Positions 24,765 to 36,400 of a stretch of 64,000 nucleotides of DNA are shown piece by piece (the stretch's first letter is position 1; each line of letters opens with the position of its first letter). The translations under genes and the position numbers were made by a program. The DNA is from Octopus sinensis (lineage: Eukaryota): assembly GCF_006345805.1 (NCBI RefSeq), contig NW_021825821.1, forward strand, positions 372,001-436,000, in the 5' to 3' direction. The notes under the pieces were generated by a model. That model did not search any database and had not been told where the DNA came from. It saw only the letters and a program-made list of their open reading frames with translations.

Positions 24765-27008
24765 TATTAAGTGCATTTTATAACTTTAAAAAGTTAAAGA
24801 TGGATCAGTTAATTCGAATGTACAAATTCAGAACGAAAATAACGAATCATTTTTCAACAAGTAAAGACTAAAGATTAAAATTGTTAAATGAAATTTAAAA
24901 TAAACATCCTTTCAGTGAAGGCGGAGTAATTGTAGCACAACTATTTGTTTTAGTGTTTGGTGTATTAGGTGTTGTATTCGGTCAAAATACAAAATTCGTC
25001 TAGTTCTAAGAGAAGGAATAAAAAGTAATCAGATTTGGAGACCACCAACCAAAATCGATTTAGTAGATAATTGGTGTCCATATCCAACTGTTGATCAGTT
25101 CGATATTGATGAAAGACCTGAGGATATGGTTTACTCAAAATATGAATTTATTTTGTTAAATACAATAATATACAGACTGGAAAAGAATGAAATTGATTGG
25201 ACATCCATAATATGTATTAAACGTGTTGGGCACAAATTGAGTTTATGCGAAAATGTTTTTATTTTCAAAAGCACCGTCAAAATGTGTTATGATCACTAAT
25301 ACAGTATTATTGTAGTCGTTTGCCACGTACAAAGGCAGGTATGCATCTCTTAATGTAAACTAACTGATTATTTTAAAATTAAACACTGTCAGCCGGTAGT
25401 ATTTCAATTATTCAGTTCTTGAAATAGTTGTCGGCGTATAAAAACCACTTATCCTTGAACATTTTTCATCCAGTCAAGTAGGCCCCGTAGATTTCATTGT
25501 GAGTGAGCATATGCTTTCAGAGTAACTGCCAATAAATACAAATGACAATACTTCTTCACTACTCATTTCAATCTCGTAGAATAATAAATTCACTTCGATA
25601 AATCCTACCAGATTATCCTTTTGGCTTTGGTTTGGGTCGGGTCAAAAATAAGAAACGACAAATCTACAAATATGATTTGATAAATATGATTTTACTTTAA
25701 ACTGCAGATATAAGGTCATTTAGTGTTGCACCAATTTTTTGCATTCTTCAAAAGGAAAAGATTTCTTCGAGCTTTACAAACCCGAATTCGTCTGAAAGTT
25801 TTTTAAGATGCCTAGCATTCAGCATATTTGTGCTAATTTATAACTACAGTTTAGTTACTCTGAAAAATGAAACTCTAATTGATACTGAATCTGGTATGAC
25901 AGGTCTTTTTCTATGAAAAAGAGACGGTTATGCTTATTCTCAAGATTGTATGGGTACATTCTCAGCGACTTCAACTGCAAACATGGGACTATATATTCCG
26001 CATTTAAACGGATGAAATAATACGTCAAATTACGTTGATTAATTGGGGTCTTGATACAAATTTTAACCCCTAATCTCTTAATGTACACTAACTGATTATT
26101 TTAAAATTCATTGCTATCGAGGGATTTCAAAACAGATAACTCCTGTTTAAATTCTGCACTGTAAATAACCGTAGGTTAATTATGCTACTAAATTCGACAA
26201 AAAATACTGTCACATATTGTTTTAAAGTATACTTCCATTTTAGAAGAATATCTATCCATTCACAAAACGATTTTAGTAGTGCTCTACAACAGTCATAGTT
26301 TAGGTCCATTAAAGAGATGTCAACAACTCCGAAATAAAAAAATAAATTCATCTCATAAGAAGAATACTATTAACGAAAAAAATTAAAAAATAATCGATCC
26401 AATACTAAATTGCGACAGTCAACAGAGTCCTTAAATAATTTATAATCACATAGTCAATAGAGTAAATCTATTACTAACGGATAACTCCAAATAGTAAGAT
26501 GTTTTCAAGAAGTTTTCGGCCATACTATTTAATAGCATAAATATCCAAATAATATGACCAAAAATTTTTGCCCGCTTCAGCACTAATTTGAACAAGTGAC
26601 ACTAGTGAACTCGAGATCTACACTCGTATTCTTTGATTGCTTAGAGAAGATTTTCAAAAATTTTAAATAAGTTTTCTTTAAACTGCAATTTTGTTAAAAT
26701 TTTTATACATTGAAAATTTTCATGATCCATATGAAGAAACAAAATTCTTAAATTGCTTTTTAAAAAGAAGTAATTGCTTATATGGAGACAGGGAAGAGTT
26801 GTTATAATGCCTCAAAGCATTTTCGTGAAAGAGAGTATAAACACTCTAAATTAGTATGATCTTTTTCAAAAAATTTTAGGTCATACTATTGGAGTTATTC
26901 GTTAGTTGAAATTATATTTTAGCTCAATTTTTAAAATAATTATTAGAATGTATGGCAAACTATTGTGACAAATAAATGATAAATAATCTTCTTTATAAAA
27001 TCTGATTA

Positions 27009-28368
27009 ATGAGTGGACAAACTTGTGTAATTGATGTTGGAACAGGGTAAAATTACACAAAAAATTACTAGACGAACAAAAATTGGTTTTAGTGGTTCAG
27101 AGACACCCCAATTTACCATCCCGTCATCGGTTGGATTGAATGATTTAAATTCCAAAAAACCAAAAAATCAAAAAGTTTTATCTGACATGGACTACTGTAT
27201 TGCTGAAGATTTACTGGACAATAAAAACTACACTCCAACAGTATACTTTCAAATAATATCTCAAGTCTCCGATGAAAGGGGGGATCATACATGACTACAC
27301 TCTTTACGAAAAACTCTTAAACAGCATAATTCACCAGTACCTTAACGTTGATCCTACTGAACATAATTTCTTTATGGTCTTTGAGAATTTGTTATTTTAG
27401 ACTGAACCTCCCTTCAATACTCCAGAAAACAGGGAATTCTTAGCAGAGTTGATGTTTGAAACCTTCAACTCTCGCGGACTCTACATCGGAATGCAGGCAG
27501 TGATGGCACTCATGGCCTCCTGGGTTGGGAGGGCACCCACGGACAGACCAACAACTGGAATTGTGGTAGATTCTGGTCATGGACTGACTCACATAATTCC
27601 GGTCGTACAATGTTACGTAATCGGGACAAGTATGCGCTATATGCCAATTGCTGGAACTGAAATGACAAATTTTACTCAACAACTAATCAGGGAAAGAGAA
27701 CCTGACCTCCCAAAAGAGTGCATGTACGACGTGGCTGTTCGAGTCAAAGAACAGTACGGATATTGTTGTAAAGATTTGAAAAATGAGTTTCCTAAAATTG
27801 AAAATGACCCCGACAAAGTTATCAAAAAATATACACATTATAATACCTTTACCAACAAATCATTTTCTTTTGACATTTCATACGAACGCTTTCTCGGTCC
27901 CGAGTTGTTTTTCAGACCGGAAATGTATAACTCAGAGTACACGACTCCTGTCACAGATCTTCTTTACGACTCGGTTCTCAACTGTGCCGTGGACTGTCGA
28001 AGAGGACTTTTGAGGGTAGTGCCCTCAGTTTATGGTAGAACATTGTTTTGAGTGGGGGGTCGACTATTTTTCCTAATATGGGCAAACGGATCCAAAAGGA
28101 TCTCAATGAGAAAGTTCAAATATACTGCACTGGGGTTATAGTTTTTATTTTTTTATGATTTAGGGAAATCCGATGGAGGTAAAGGTGGCTACCCATTCAA
28201 GACAACTCTATGCCGTTTATTTTGGAAGTAGTATGATGTCAGCAATGGTTTATAGTGTGGGTTCATCTCTAGCCTGAGTTTAAAACTGCTGTGCATACTA
28301 AATCTGATTATTTCGAACACGGCCCCTCTATTTGTCGTCATAATGCGATTTTTGGAGTTTTATCTTGA
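27009..28368 (+). CDS. ACTR3: Actin-related protein 3, divergent; introns 27047-27071, 27241-27265, 27377-27400, 28016-28038, 28135-28163, 28248-28272
   Basis: [59 protein letters not shown] and [12 protein letters not shown] (Arp3-type terminus). Six introns of 23-29 nt keep the frame. Confidence 0.9.
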
Positions 28369-28452
28369 AACTGTCTAAGTTTACTAATTTGAGGACAATA
28401 TTAATAGAATATTTTTAACATTGTTTAATTCTTTAAAGTAAAAAAATAAAAC

Positions 28453-29625
28453 ATGGTTATTGTGAGGTTTCGGAAAACCTTTAGTGCTAAAAATTTCGAA
28501 TATTCAAAATGGTTTCCTGGACACATGCACAAAGGCCTAAAACAGATAAATTCCAAAGTCAGACAGGCTGACTGTTTGATCGAAGTTCATGACGCACGTG
28601 TATGTCTTTATTTCACAATGGTCAGATTCCATTCACAGGAAGAAACGCCACATTTGCTAGTTTTATGAGGGTTCGACCAAGTATTTTAATCCTGAACAAA
28701 GCGGACTTGGCCGACCAGTCATACTTTCCTTGGACACAACAGAAATTGCGTTCTCAGGGAGTAAAGAATATCTTTATAACAAATTGTCGTGATTCAAGTG
28801 ACAGCAAAGTCCACAAAAAAGTATAAATTAATCATTTTTAGCCACTAGTTGATCACAGTAATACGTGACTGTGTTGCTAACAGTGAACGATACTCTCGAG
28901 CCGAGGTTGTATTGATATCTTCATGTTCTAGACAGAAGAGATCAATGTGATGGTCCTTGGGATCCCCAACAGTGGGAAATCTAGTCTTGTCAACAAATTT
29001 AGAGCAGTGAGCTTAAATAAGAGTAATTGGCTGTTTGTTGAATTATATAGAGAAGACAGTCGCAGTGGGGAGCTTGCCGGGAGTGACATTAACAGTATCG
29101 AATAAAATTAGAGTTTTTGCTAATTTTTGACTTTAGATTTACGATAATCCCCCAATATATGTCTATGACACTCCCGGTGTGATCGCCCCTGTCATTTCAA
29201 ATTTGGAAAATGGGCTAAAACTGGCAATTTGCAGTATTTTGTGTTTATTTATTATTTTTAGACTCGATTAAACAACAGTCGGTTGGAGAAATTACAATCG
29301 TTGATTATTTGTTGTTTTTACTTAATAAAACAAGAAATTTTGGGTATTTATTCTTTTTAATATTTATTAACTTAATTAATATTATTTTATAGGTATGTTG
29401 ATCATTTCGAGCTTGGCTTGCCTACAGATGACGTATACGAGTTCCTACATAAGGTGGCAATCAAGGAAGGACTTGAGCAGAGAGACTCATCTGGTTGAGT
29501 ATTTAAGCTAATTACTAGGAATGATTGGTCCAAGCTACCATTTAGCTGCAATTAAGGTCCTTACAGAGCTAAATCGAGGAAGTTTCGGTTCATTATTTCT
29601 TGATCCACCAGAATCGGAAATTTAA
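28453..29625 (+). CDS. MTG1: Mitochondrial ribosome-associated GTPase 1 (RbgA/YlqF family), multi-exon
   Basis: WFPGHM, IEVHDAR|IP..GRN, NKADL, GIPNSGKSS, GSLPGVT and YDTPGV after removing micro-introns. Confidence 0.92.
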
Positions 29626-29719
29626 ATTTTGATTTATTTAATTTATTTTTATGTAAAAATAAATGAATATCTTATTTAAAAATCACGTTTTTTTATTATT
29701 CTCGTGGGTTTGATATCTA

Positions 29720-30836
29720 ATGGAAACTAACGATATATTTGTCGGAGGTGATCGTGGAATAATAAAGGGATACAATCTCGGAGAGTCTGTGGGGACAACA
29801 TACACCGATATATCCACTTTGGGGAAAAACAAGTCAATCGTCACCATGCGATGGGACAATGACCAACAAGACAAAATAATATTTGCTTGTAAAACAGGAG
29901 TCATAAATATGCTTGATATCCTCACTGGAGACATTACTGAAATTATTCAGATTAATTCTGAATATTTACTTTGTGGCTTGGAGAATATGTTTGTTTTGTA
30001 AACTTAAAAGTAGGGGAAATTATTATTTCTCGGCCGACGATCACGGAGGATTTTTTACGTTTGCAAAAAACGGAATAATGGTTTTTTGATGTAGTTATAA
30101 TTCAGAAATATGCCTGTAATCTCAATAAAAGCTCAAAAGTGGTCAAAAAACTAAATGAGAGGGAAGTTGTGTTTGGGGGAGAACAGACCAATCTCCACAT
30201 ATTCGACTTGGAGTCTCAGAAAGGGACCTTCCAGGCAAAAAACGTATTTTTAAATTACGAGTTGTACACAGCCAGGAAATGATTGGCTCAATTTGAAAGT
30301 CTCACTTAAAGTCACTGATTTGGATGTTCTTGATGACCGCCAATTTATTATTTCCTGTCTACAATCGGGCCGAGTTGAGGGATATGACAAAAGAAATAGC
30401 GGGAAATGTCCTCAAATAGAATTTCAGGCTATTCCCGGCAAATCTTTAACCTCAATTGATATTTTGGACAACCAACAGTTGTATTGCTAATTTAACTTTC
30501 TGCAGTGACATAGTGGTTGGGGACACAACGGGGGATGTCGTGCTTGTGGATATCCGTCGGCCGAGTATTTTCCGATTTAATTTTTAGAGAATGTGTGCAA
30601 GTATAAAGGCGGGAGAGGGTGTATTAAGGCAATTGAACATATTGGAGATTGCATTACTGTGGTCTCTCTTGATAGGTTTGTTCGACTATGGAAGGTTGGA
30701 ACTAGATCTGCCCCTTTTAAGCAAGTTATTTTTGCCTGGTTTTTTATGATAGATCTATTCTAAATTTTGTTTGACCTCACTTTTAATGCGTTCTGATTGG
30801 AGTGATTTGGATTCTCAACAGAAGTATGATTTGTAA
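29720..30836 (+). CDS. WDR74: WD-repeat ribosome biogenesis factor WDR74/Nsa1, multi-exon
   Basis: GG..G.IKG start, GGEQTNLHIFDL..TFQAKN|..NDWLNLKV, IVVGDTTG and SLDRFVRLW. Confidence 0.8.
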
Positions 30837-30855
30837 AATTTTCAATTATTTTTTT

Positions 30856-31853
30856 GGTACTTTTGTCGAAGTGGTCGCAGTTTTTTTAGGCCTTTTAAAA
30901 AATCTAATAATTTTTGAGGTGGAATATATTATATTTTATTTAAGTCGCTCTATCAATAATTTAAAATATTATTAAATTTTTTACTAATTTATTTTCTAAA
31001 TTTTTTAATATTATGGCGAGCATGTACCTAATATTGATATAAACTGGCACTATAGGTCACATGGAAAATTCTGTTGTGGACTTATGCAACATCAAATTCC
31101 GACAGCTCCCAATAAGTAAGGAGGATGCAGTGCATTTTCTGCAAAATGTGGATATCCTTTCAAAATCACGTATATGTCCGAAGGGACATCAGATGGAATT
31201 AGTCTTGGGACCGAAGCTCAATTGGAAATGCTCAAGAGTTGGTTGTAGAGTCCAATGTTCTATTAAAAAAGGTATAATTTCTCTCAAATAATTCTAGATA
31301 CCTGGTTAGAGAATTGTAGATTGCCATTTGAGGATGTCATCGCCTACATATACTTATGGAGTTACGATAGGCATACCTTCAAATGGCTACACACACGAAA
31401 CCGTTAACCATAAGTAAGGAAATATAATATATTCAGAAAATTCTTTGTGGATCCAACGACGGGAGTGCACACCCAGACAGTAGAACGAATGTGGGGAAGT
31501 GCAAAATGCAAGAATAAAGCTCAAAGAGGAGCTGTAAGACATCATCTGGGATCTTATTTCGCAGGTTTTTTTAGTTAGTTATTTTTTCAGAATTTATGTG
31601 GCGAAAACAAATACAGAACTATAAGGAATCTTTTGCACAGATTGTAAAAGACATAAATTCCTTCTACAGTCCTGGAATTTGGATGCCGCGTACTAAAAAT
31701 GACTAAATTGGTTAAATAAATTTTTAAATAATTTTAATAACCATTTAAATTATTGATAGAGGGTTATAAATTAAATAATCTATTTTTCACTAAAAAAATT
31801 AATTAATTTTAATTATCTTCTAAAAAAACTGCGACCACTTCGACAAAAGTACC
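30856..31853 (+). mobile_element. Merlin/ISXO2 (IS1595-like) transposon, internal-deletion derivative, with intron-containing transposase
   Basis: ~34-bp TIR GGTACTTTTGTCGAAGTGGTCGCAGTTTTTTTAG, 8-bp TSD ATTTTTTT; C-x-x-GH..W.C...C..SI, TVNH..FVDPTTGVHTQTVERMW and EFMWR motifs. Confidence 0.9.
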
Positions 31854-32293
31854 ATTTTTTTCAATGTGAATGAAATAGTGTTAACTGTCTCTTGTATGAT
31901 TTCTTCTTTAATTTTAGTTTCTGTTATATTGTAAAATCTTGTTATTAAATCGATTAGGGTAGCTAGGTTCGTTTATAACTGAAATATTTCTAGGGATTTT
32001 AAGAATTTGTAACATTTTTATTATTTACGATGTATTTCGTCACGCCATTTTTTTCAATGAGTAATGTGTGAAATGAAAATATTGCCGTTCATCCAAAAAA
32101 TTTTCTCTTCATTGTGAAGGCAGTCACTTTCTTTAGTAAATACATATAATCTGCATTAAAAAATACATGAGTCTTTTCAAATTCCTCCAAGTCGTAAAAA
32201 ATTATTATTTATTATCAATCTAGATCAAAATAGGTCTTGATACGATAGTTTGGTCATTAACCGACTGTGACATACTATACCTTAGAAACAAGT

Positions 32294-33249
32294 TTATTGA
32301 ACAACATAATAATTTTTCAAAAGCTCCATTAACTTTTCAAAAGGATCACCAATTACGTTGTCACGCCACATAAATTCGTTTGTTTTTATTCCAATAGGAC
32401 TCCACATGTTGGGTATGAAAACCGGTGGTTGGTTCAATAAAGTTAATTGAGTGGTTTACAGTAGCGTGGTCATACCCAAAAAAATTCAAATTGGAATAGG
32501 CCCTCCATGCATCACTATGGATAATTGATCCTGGCAGAATTACTTCACAGATAATTGGTTTTAAAGTGGCCGCTGATCGATTTGGAACCACTCGTATAAA
32601 ACCTCTTGCCGGTGAAAATGAGGTATCAACAATACCGAATACCCACACTTGAGAATTAGCAAGTCTACCCCGATGGTACTTTTTTTTTTATGACAAAAGA
32701 GACTTTCATCGATTTGGCAGACTACATTTTCTCCACCCAATTTTACGGGATTACTTTCAAAGTGTCTGTTAATACATTTTCTAATGGTTTTAAAAATTTC
32801 TATAAGTGTTGGAGATGATACAGTCAGTGATTTTTTAATCATAACAATTGATTCTTCATTGCTCCACCTATACAAAATATTTAACCATGTTTTGAGACTT
32901 ATACTCGAAGTAGCCAAAACAGAACCTGTTCGTATTGACAATGTGGTCTTGTATTTTGAACAGTTTTGATTCTGACATTTCCAAGTATATTGGTCAGATA
33001 AGGTACGCTTGAAAACCCAAACCATTTCTTTTCTGCAGTAAACACACATCATTTTTGATTTCATTAGTCCTTTTGCCTTAAAAAATGATATTATCCCGAT
33101 TGTATCACTTCCTAAAAGTTTTTTTAAAGTTGTTTCGTATGTACTACCTACAATAAACATGGGAAAAATTATAAATATAATTTTTTTATAACATCAATAT
33201 AACACATATTAAACAACGCCCCTAACTCACACATATTAATAAACGCCCC
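32294..33249 (-). mobile_element. Second Merlin/ISXO2 transposon; transposase 33160-32294 with a poly-A frameshift and a C-terminal deletion
   Basis: VCQIDESLF, VWVFGIVD, NRSAATL, IHSDAWRAY, TVNHS..F..P.TG.HTQ.VESYW and EFMWR; 5' end GGGGCGTT with a subterminal repeat. Confidence 0.88.
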
Positions 33250-33544
33250 TGGGGGCGTTTTGTTTTATGTGATCTCAATTTAATCATCTAAAGCAGACGT
33301 CACCAACTACAACCGGCCCGCGGCCGGGGCCGGATCCGGCCCGCGACGACAACATTTTATCCGGCCCGCGCACTATTTCGAGATATTCAATTAATTCCTT
33401 AATAATTAACTTAAATAAAAACTTTAATTAAAAATTAAACTATTTTGCAAGATTTAATTCGAAAAAAAACTTATCAGCATTAACGTTAAATTTTTCTTTG
33501 TTGCTATCTTAATAATAAAATGGTATGGTGTGTGTCTGTCTGTC

Positions 33545-33975
33545 TGTTGTCTTTCGCGCGACGATTCTCCCAAGTCTCTTGTATGGGATGGAGGCGTGGC
33601 ACTATTCTAACCAATTCGGAAAAATATTGAAAAAATGTGAGAAGATCCGTCGCTATGCGTTAAAGCTAGCGTACAGATTGGATCTACGCGCCCCCGCTAC
33701 ACCCAACTGGGCAGAGGAGAAATCTCCACTAATCGAGAAAGTCATCCTTGATTCCATCCGAACTTTTCGTCGGCGGTCTCAGGTGACCGACCTTTTCGTG
33801 GATCGCGTCTGAATTCAATCAGAGAGTGACTCTCAAAAAACCCGGCTCATATATTCCCTTAGGACGAATCTCGGCAGAGCTCGACTGTCTTCGCAGTCGT
33901 CTCGTTTAACCTCGTCCAACCTTTTTACTTAGTCTCTGTTTTACTTACAATAAAACTTTCCTTTCATTCCATTTC
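33545..33975 (+). mobile_element. 5'-truncated LINE 3' fragment inside the Helitron (CTGT)n tract
   Basis: TILPSLLYGMEAW..KCEKIRRYALKLAYRL (RT thumb-like), then a UTR with AATAAA; (CTGT)n on both sides. Confidence 0.65.
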
Positions 33976-34029
33976 CTGTCTGTCTGTCTGTCTGTGTGTG
34001 CACACCAACTTCAAATTGGCAATACGATT

Positions 34030-34985
34030 CCTCGACTTACATGATGAGGTCCTTAAAACCTTCCCCCCAAAAAAAATCAAAAAAAAATTTTCTGCATTTG
34101 GTTAAAATGAACAACTACGATGTCCTCGACTTACATGATGAGGTCCTTAAAACCTCCCCCCAAAAAAATGAAAAAAAAATTTTCTGCATTTTGGTTAAAA
34201 TGAACAACTACGATGTCCTCGACTTCACAATATGAGGTCCTTAAAACCTTCCCCCCAAAAAAAATTAAAAAAAAAATTTCTGCATTTTGGTTAAAATGGA
34301 CAACTACGATGTCCTCGACTTACATGATGAGGTCCTTAAAACCTTCCCCCCAAAAAAAATTAAAAAAAAATTTTCTGCATTTTGTTAAAATGAACAACTA
34401 CGATGTCCTCGACTTACATGATGAGGTCCTTAAAACCTTCCCCCCAAAAAAATTAAAAAAAAAATTTCTGCATTTTGGTTAAAATGGACAACTACGATGT
34501 CCTCGACTTACATGATGAGGTCCTTAAAACCTTCCCCCCAAAAAAATTAAAAAAAATTTTCTGCATTTTGGTTAAAATGAACAACTACGATCTCCTCGAC
34601 TTACATGATGAGGTCCTTAAAACCTTCCCCCCAAAAAAATTAAAAAAAAATTTTCTGCATTTTGGTTAAAATGAACAACTACGATGTCCTCGACTTAATG
34701 ATGAGGTCCTTAAAACCTTCCCCCCAAAAAAAATTAAAAAAAAATTTTCTGCATTTTGGTAAAATGACAACCTACGATGTCCTCGACTTACATGATGAGG
34801 TCCTTAAAACCTTCCCCCCAAACAAATTAAAAAAAAATTTTCTGCATTTGGTTAAAATGAACAACTACGATGTCCTCGACTTACATGATGAGGTCCTTAA
34901 AACCTTCCGCCAAAAAATCAAAAAATTATTTTCTGCATTTGATTAAAATGAACAACGTTAATGTCCTCGACATTCATGATGAGGT
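34030..34985. repeat. Minisatellite, ~93-94-bp unit, about 10-11 copies
   Basis: Unit CCTCGACTTACATGATGAGGTCCTTAAAACCTTCCCCCCAAAAAAATTAAAAAAAAATTTTCTGCATTTTGGTTAAAATGAACAACTACGATGT, repeated head to tail. Confidence 0.97.
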
Positions 34986-35935
34986 CCATTAAAAATCTCA
35001 CGTATTAAGAATATCCTTGATGTAAACGACAGCGAGAATATTAACAATGATGAACTCCCAATTATTCGCGATAAAGAATTCAATTCATCTTATATTTTCT
35101 CTTTAAAATTAATGCATACCATTCAAATTAAACCTATTATCATATTGACTTTGACAGAATGTGCAATTACAGATTGCACGACCTTGAATAGAGTGTGCAA
35201 TTAACAGATTTTAAAAAAACACTTTGATAGTTGAAACCACATTAGCAAAATCATTAACACAATTTACCACCAATTGACAGCGCAATCAGAAGATTTGCGT
35301 AAATATTAACTATTTAGTTAAGTTTTTCGTAAAGATAGAATTTATTTTCGGTATGCCTCTTTTCCTAAACTTTTTATTATTCAAAAATAATTTTTTCAAT
35401 AGATAACTGAAGGAGGGAAGACGACCTTAAGAAAAGAAGTTTTTCGTAAGATAGAATTTATTTTCTGTATGCCTCTTTTATCCTAATATTTTTATTATTC
35501 AAAAATAATTTTTTAAATAGATAACCGAAGGAGGAAAAACGAAGCTGAAGAAAAAACGGTCAGCTTAAGCTAATTAAATCTTTTTGTGTGTCGCTTTTTT
35601 GGCTGCTGCTACTCTGCCTGCCGCATCTCCGCCTGCCGCATCTCCGGGTGCCCCATCTCCGGGTGCCCCATCTCCGGCTGCCCCATCTCCGCCAGTGGTT
35701 TTTCTAATCAAGGTCACTAAGCTAAATCTCCGGACTATAAAGGCTCTTAAGCATTATCTTAACTGGCTGTTAAAAAAATTAGACAGGTTGTTGCCGTGGC
35801 GGCAGAGATTTTTTGTTTATACTTTTTTACAAAATTTTTAAAGTTTTTTTTTGTTTTTTCATTTCTTTTGTTTTTAAATTATTTATTTTTATTTGTTTTT
35901 TTTATTTTTTTTGTTATTTTCTACAAATTCAACCG

Positions 35936-36400
35936 GATTGAATTTTTAAACTCCTTAGATCCCTCTGGAATGCCGAATCATCTTTTAAGTTAAAGATAGG
36001 CGTTCCAGTGGTTTTATTACGAAATCTTGCGCCACCTAAATTATGCAACGGAACGAGGTTAGTTATCAAAAATTTGATGGCTAACGTAATAGAGGCGACG
36101 ATATTCACAGGTAAGTATAGAGGTGAGGATGTTTATATTCCACGAATTCCGATAATTTCTGATGAATTACCATTTAGATTTAAAAGGCTGCAATTTCCTT
36201 TGAGGATGAGTTTTGCAATGACAATAAACAAGGCCCAGGGACAGTCATTAAAGGTAGTTGGGTTATTTTTAGAGAGTGAGTGCTTTTCACATGGACAGCT
36301 GTATGTGGGATGCTCGAGGGTAGGCAGAAGAGAACATTTATTCATATATGCCAAGGAAGGACGGACGACAAAACTCGTTTATCAACAGGCGATAGAATAG
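35936..36400 (+). pseudogene. Helitron PIF1-like helicase C-terminal fragment
   Basis: EFLNSLDPSGMP.H, LLRNL..PKLCNGTRL, FKRLQFP..FAMTINKAQGQSL and FSHGQLYVGCSRV. Confidence 0.92.

Noticed and set aside
27009-30836. Stop-codon reassignment or readthrough to explain short ORFs
   Set aside because: In-frame stops fall inside removable GT-AG micro-introns, and the genes end in ordinary TAA, TGA or TAG.
30856-33249. Bacterial IS1595 contamination
   Set aside because: The elements are embedded among intron-containing genes, one carries spliceosomal-type introns, and composition matches the host.
33996-34946. Repeat-protein ORFs (MNNYDVLDLHDEVLK...)
   Set aside because: Frames shift with homopolymer length and hit stops frequently; they are a by-product of a ~93-bp period.
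34030-34985. CRISPR array
   Set aside because: Units are contiguous with no unique spacers, there are no cas genes, and the context is eukaryotic.
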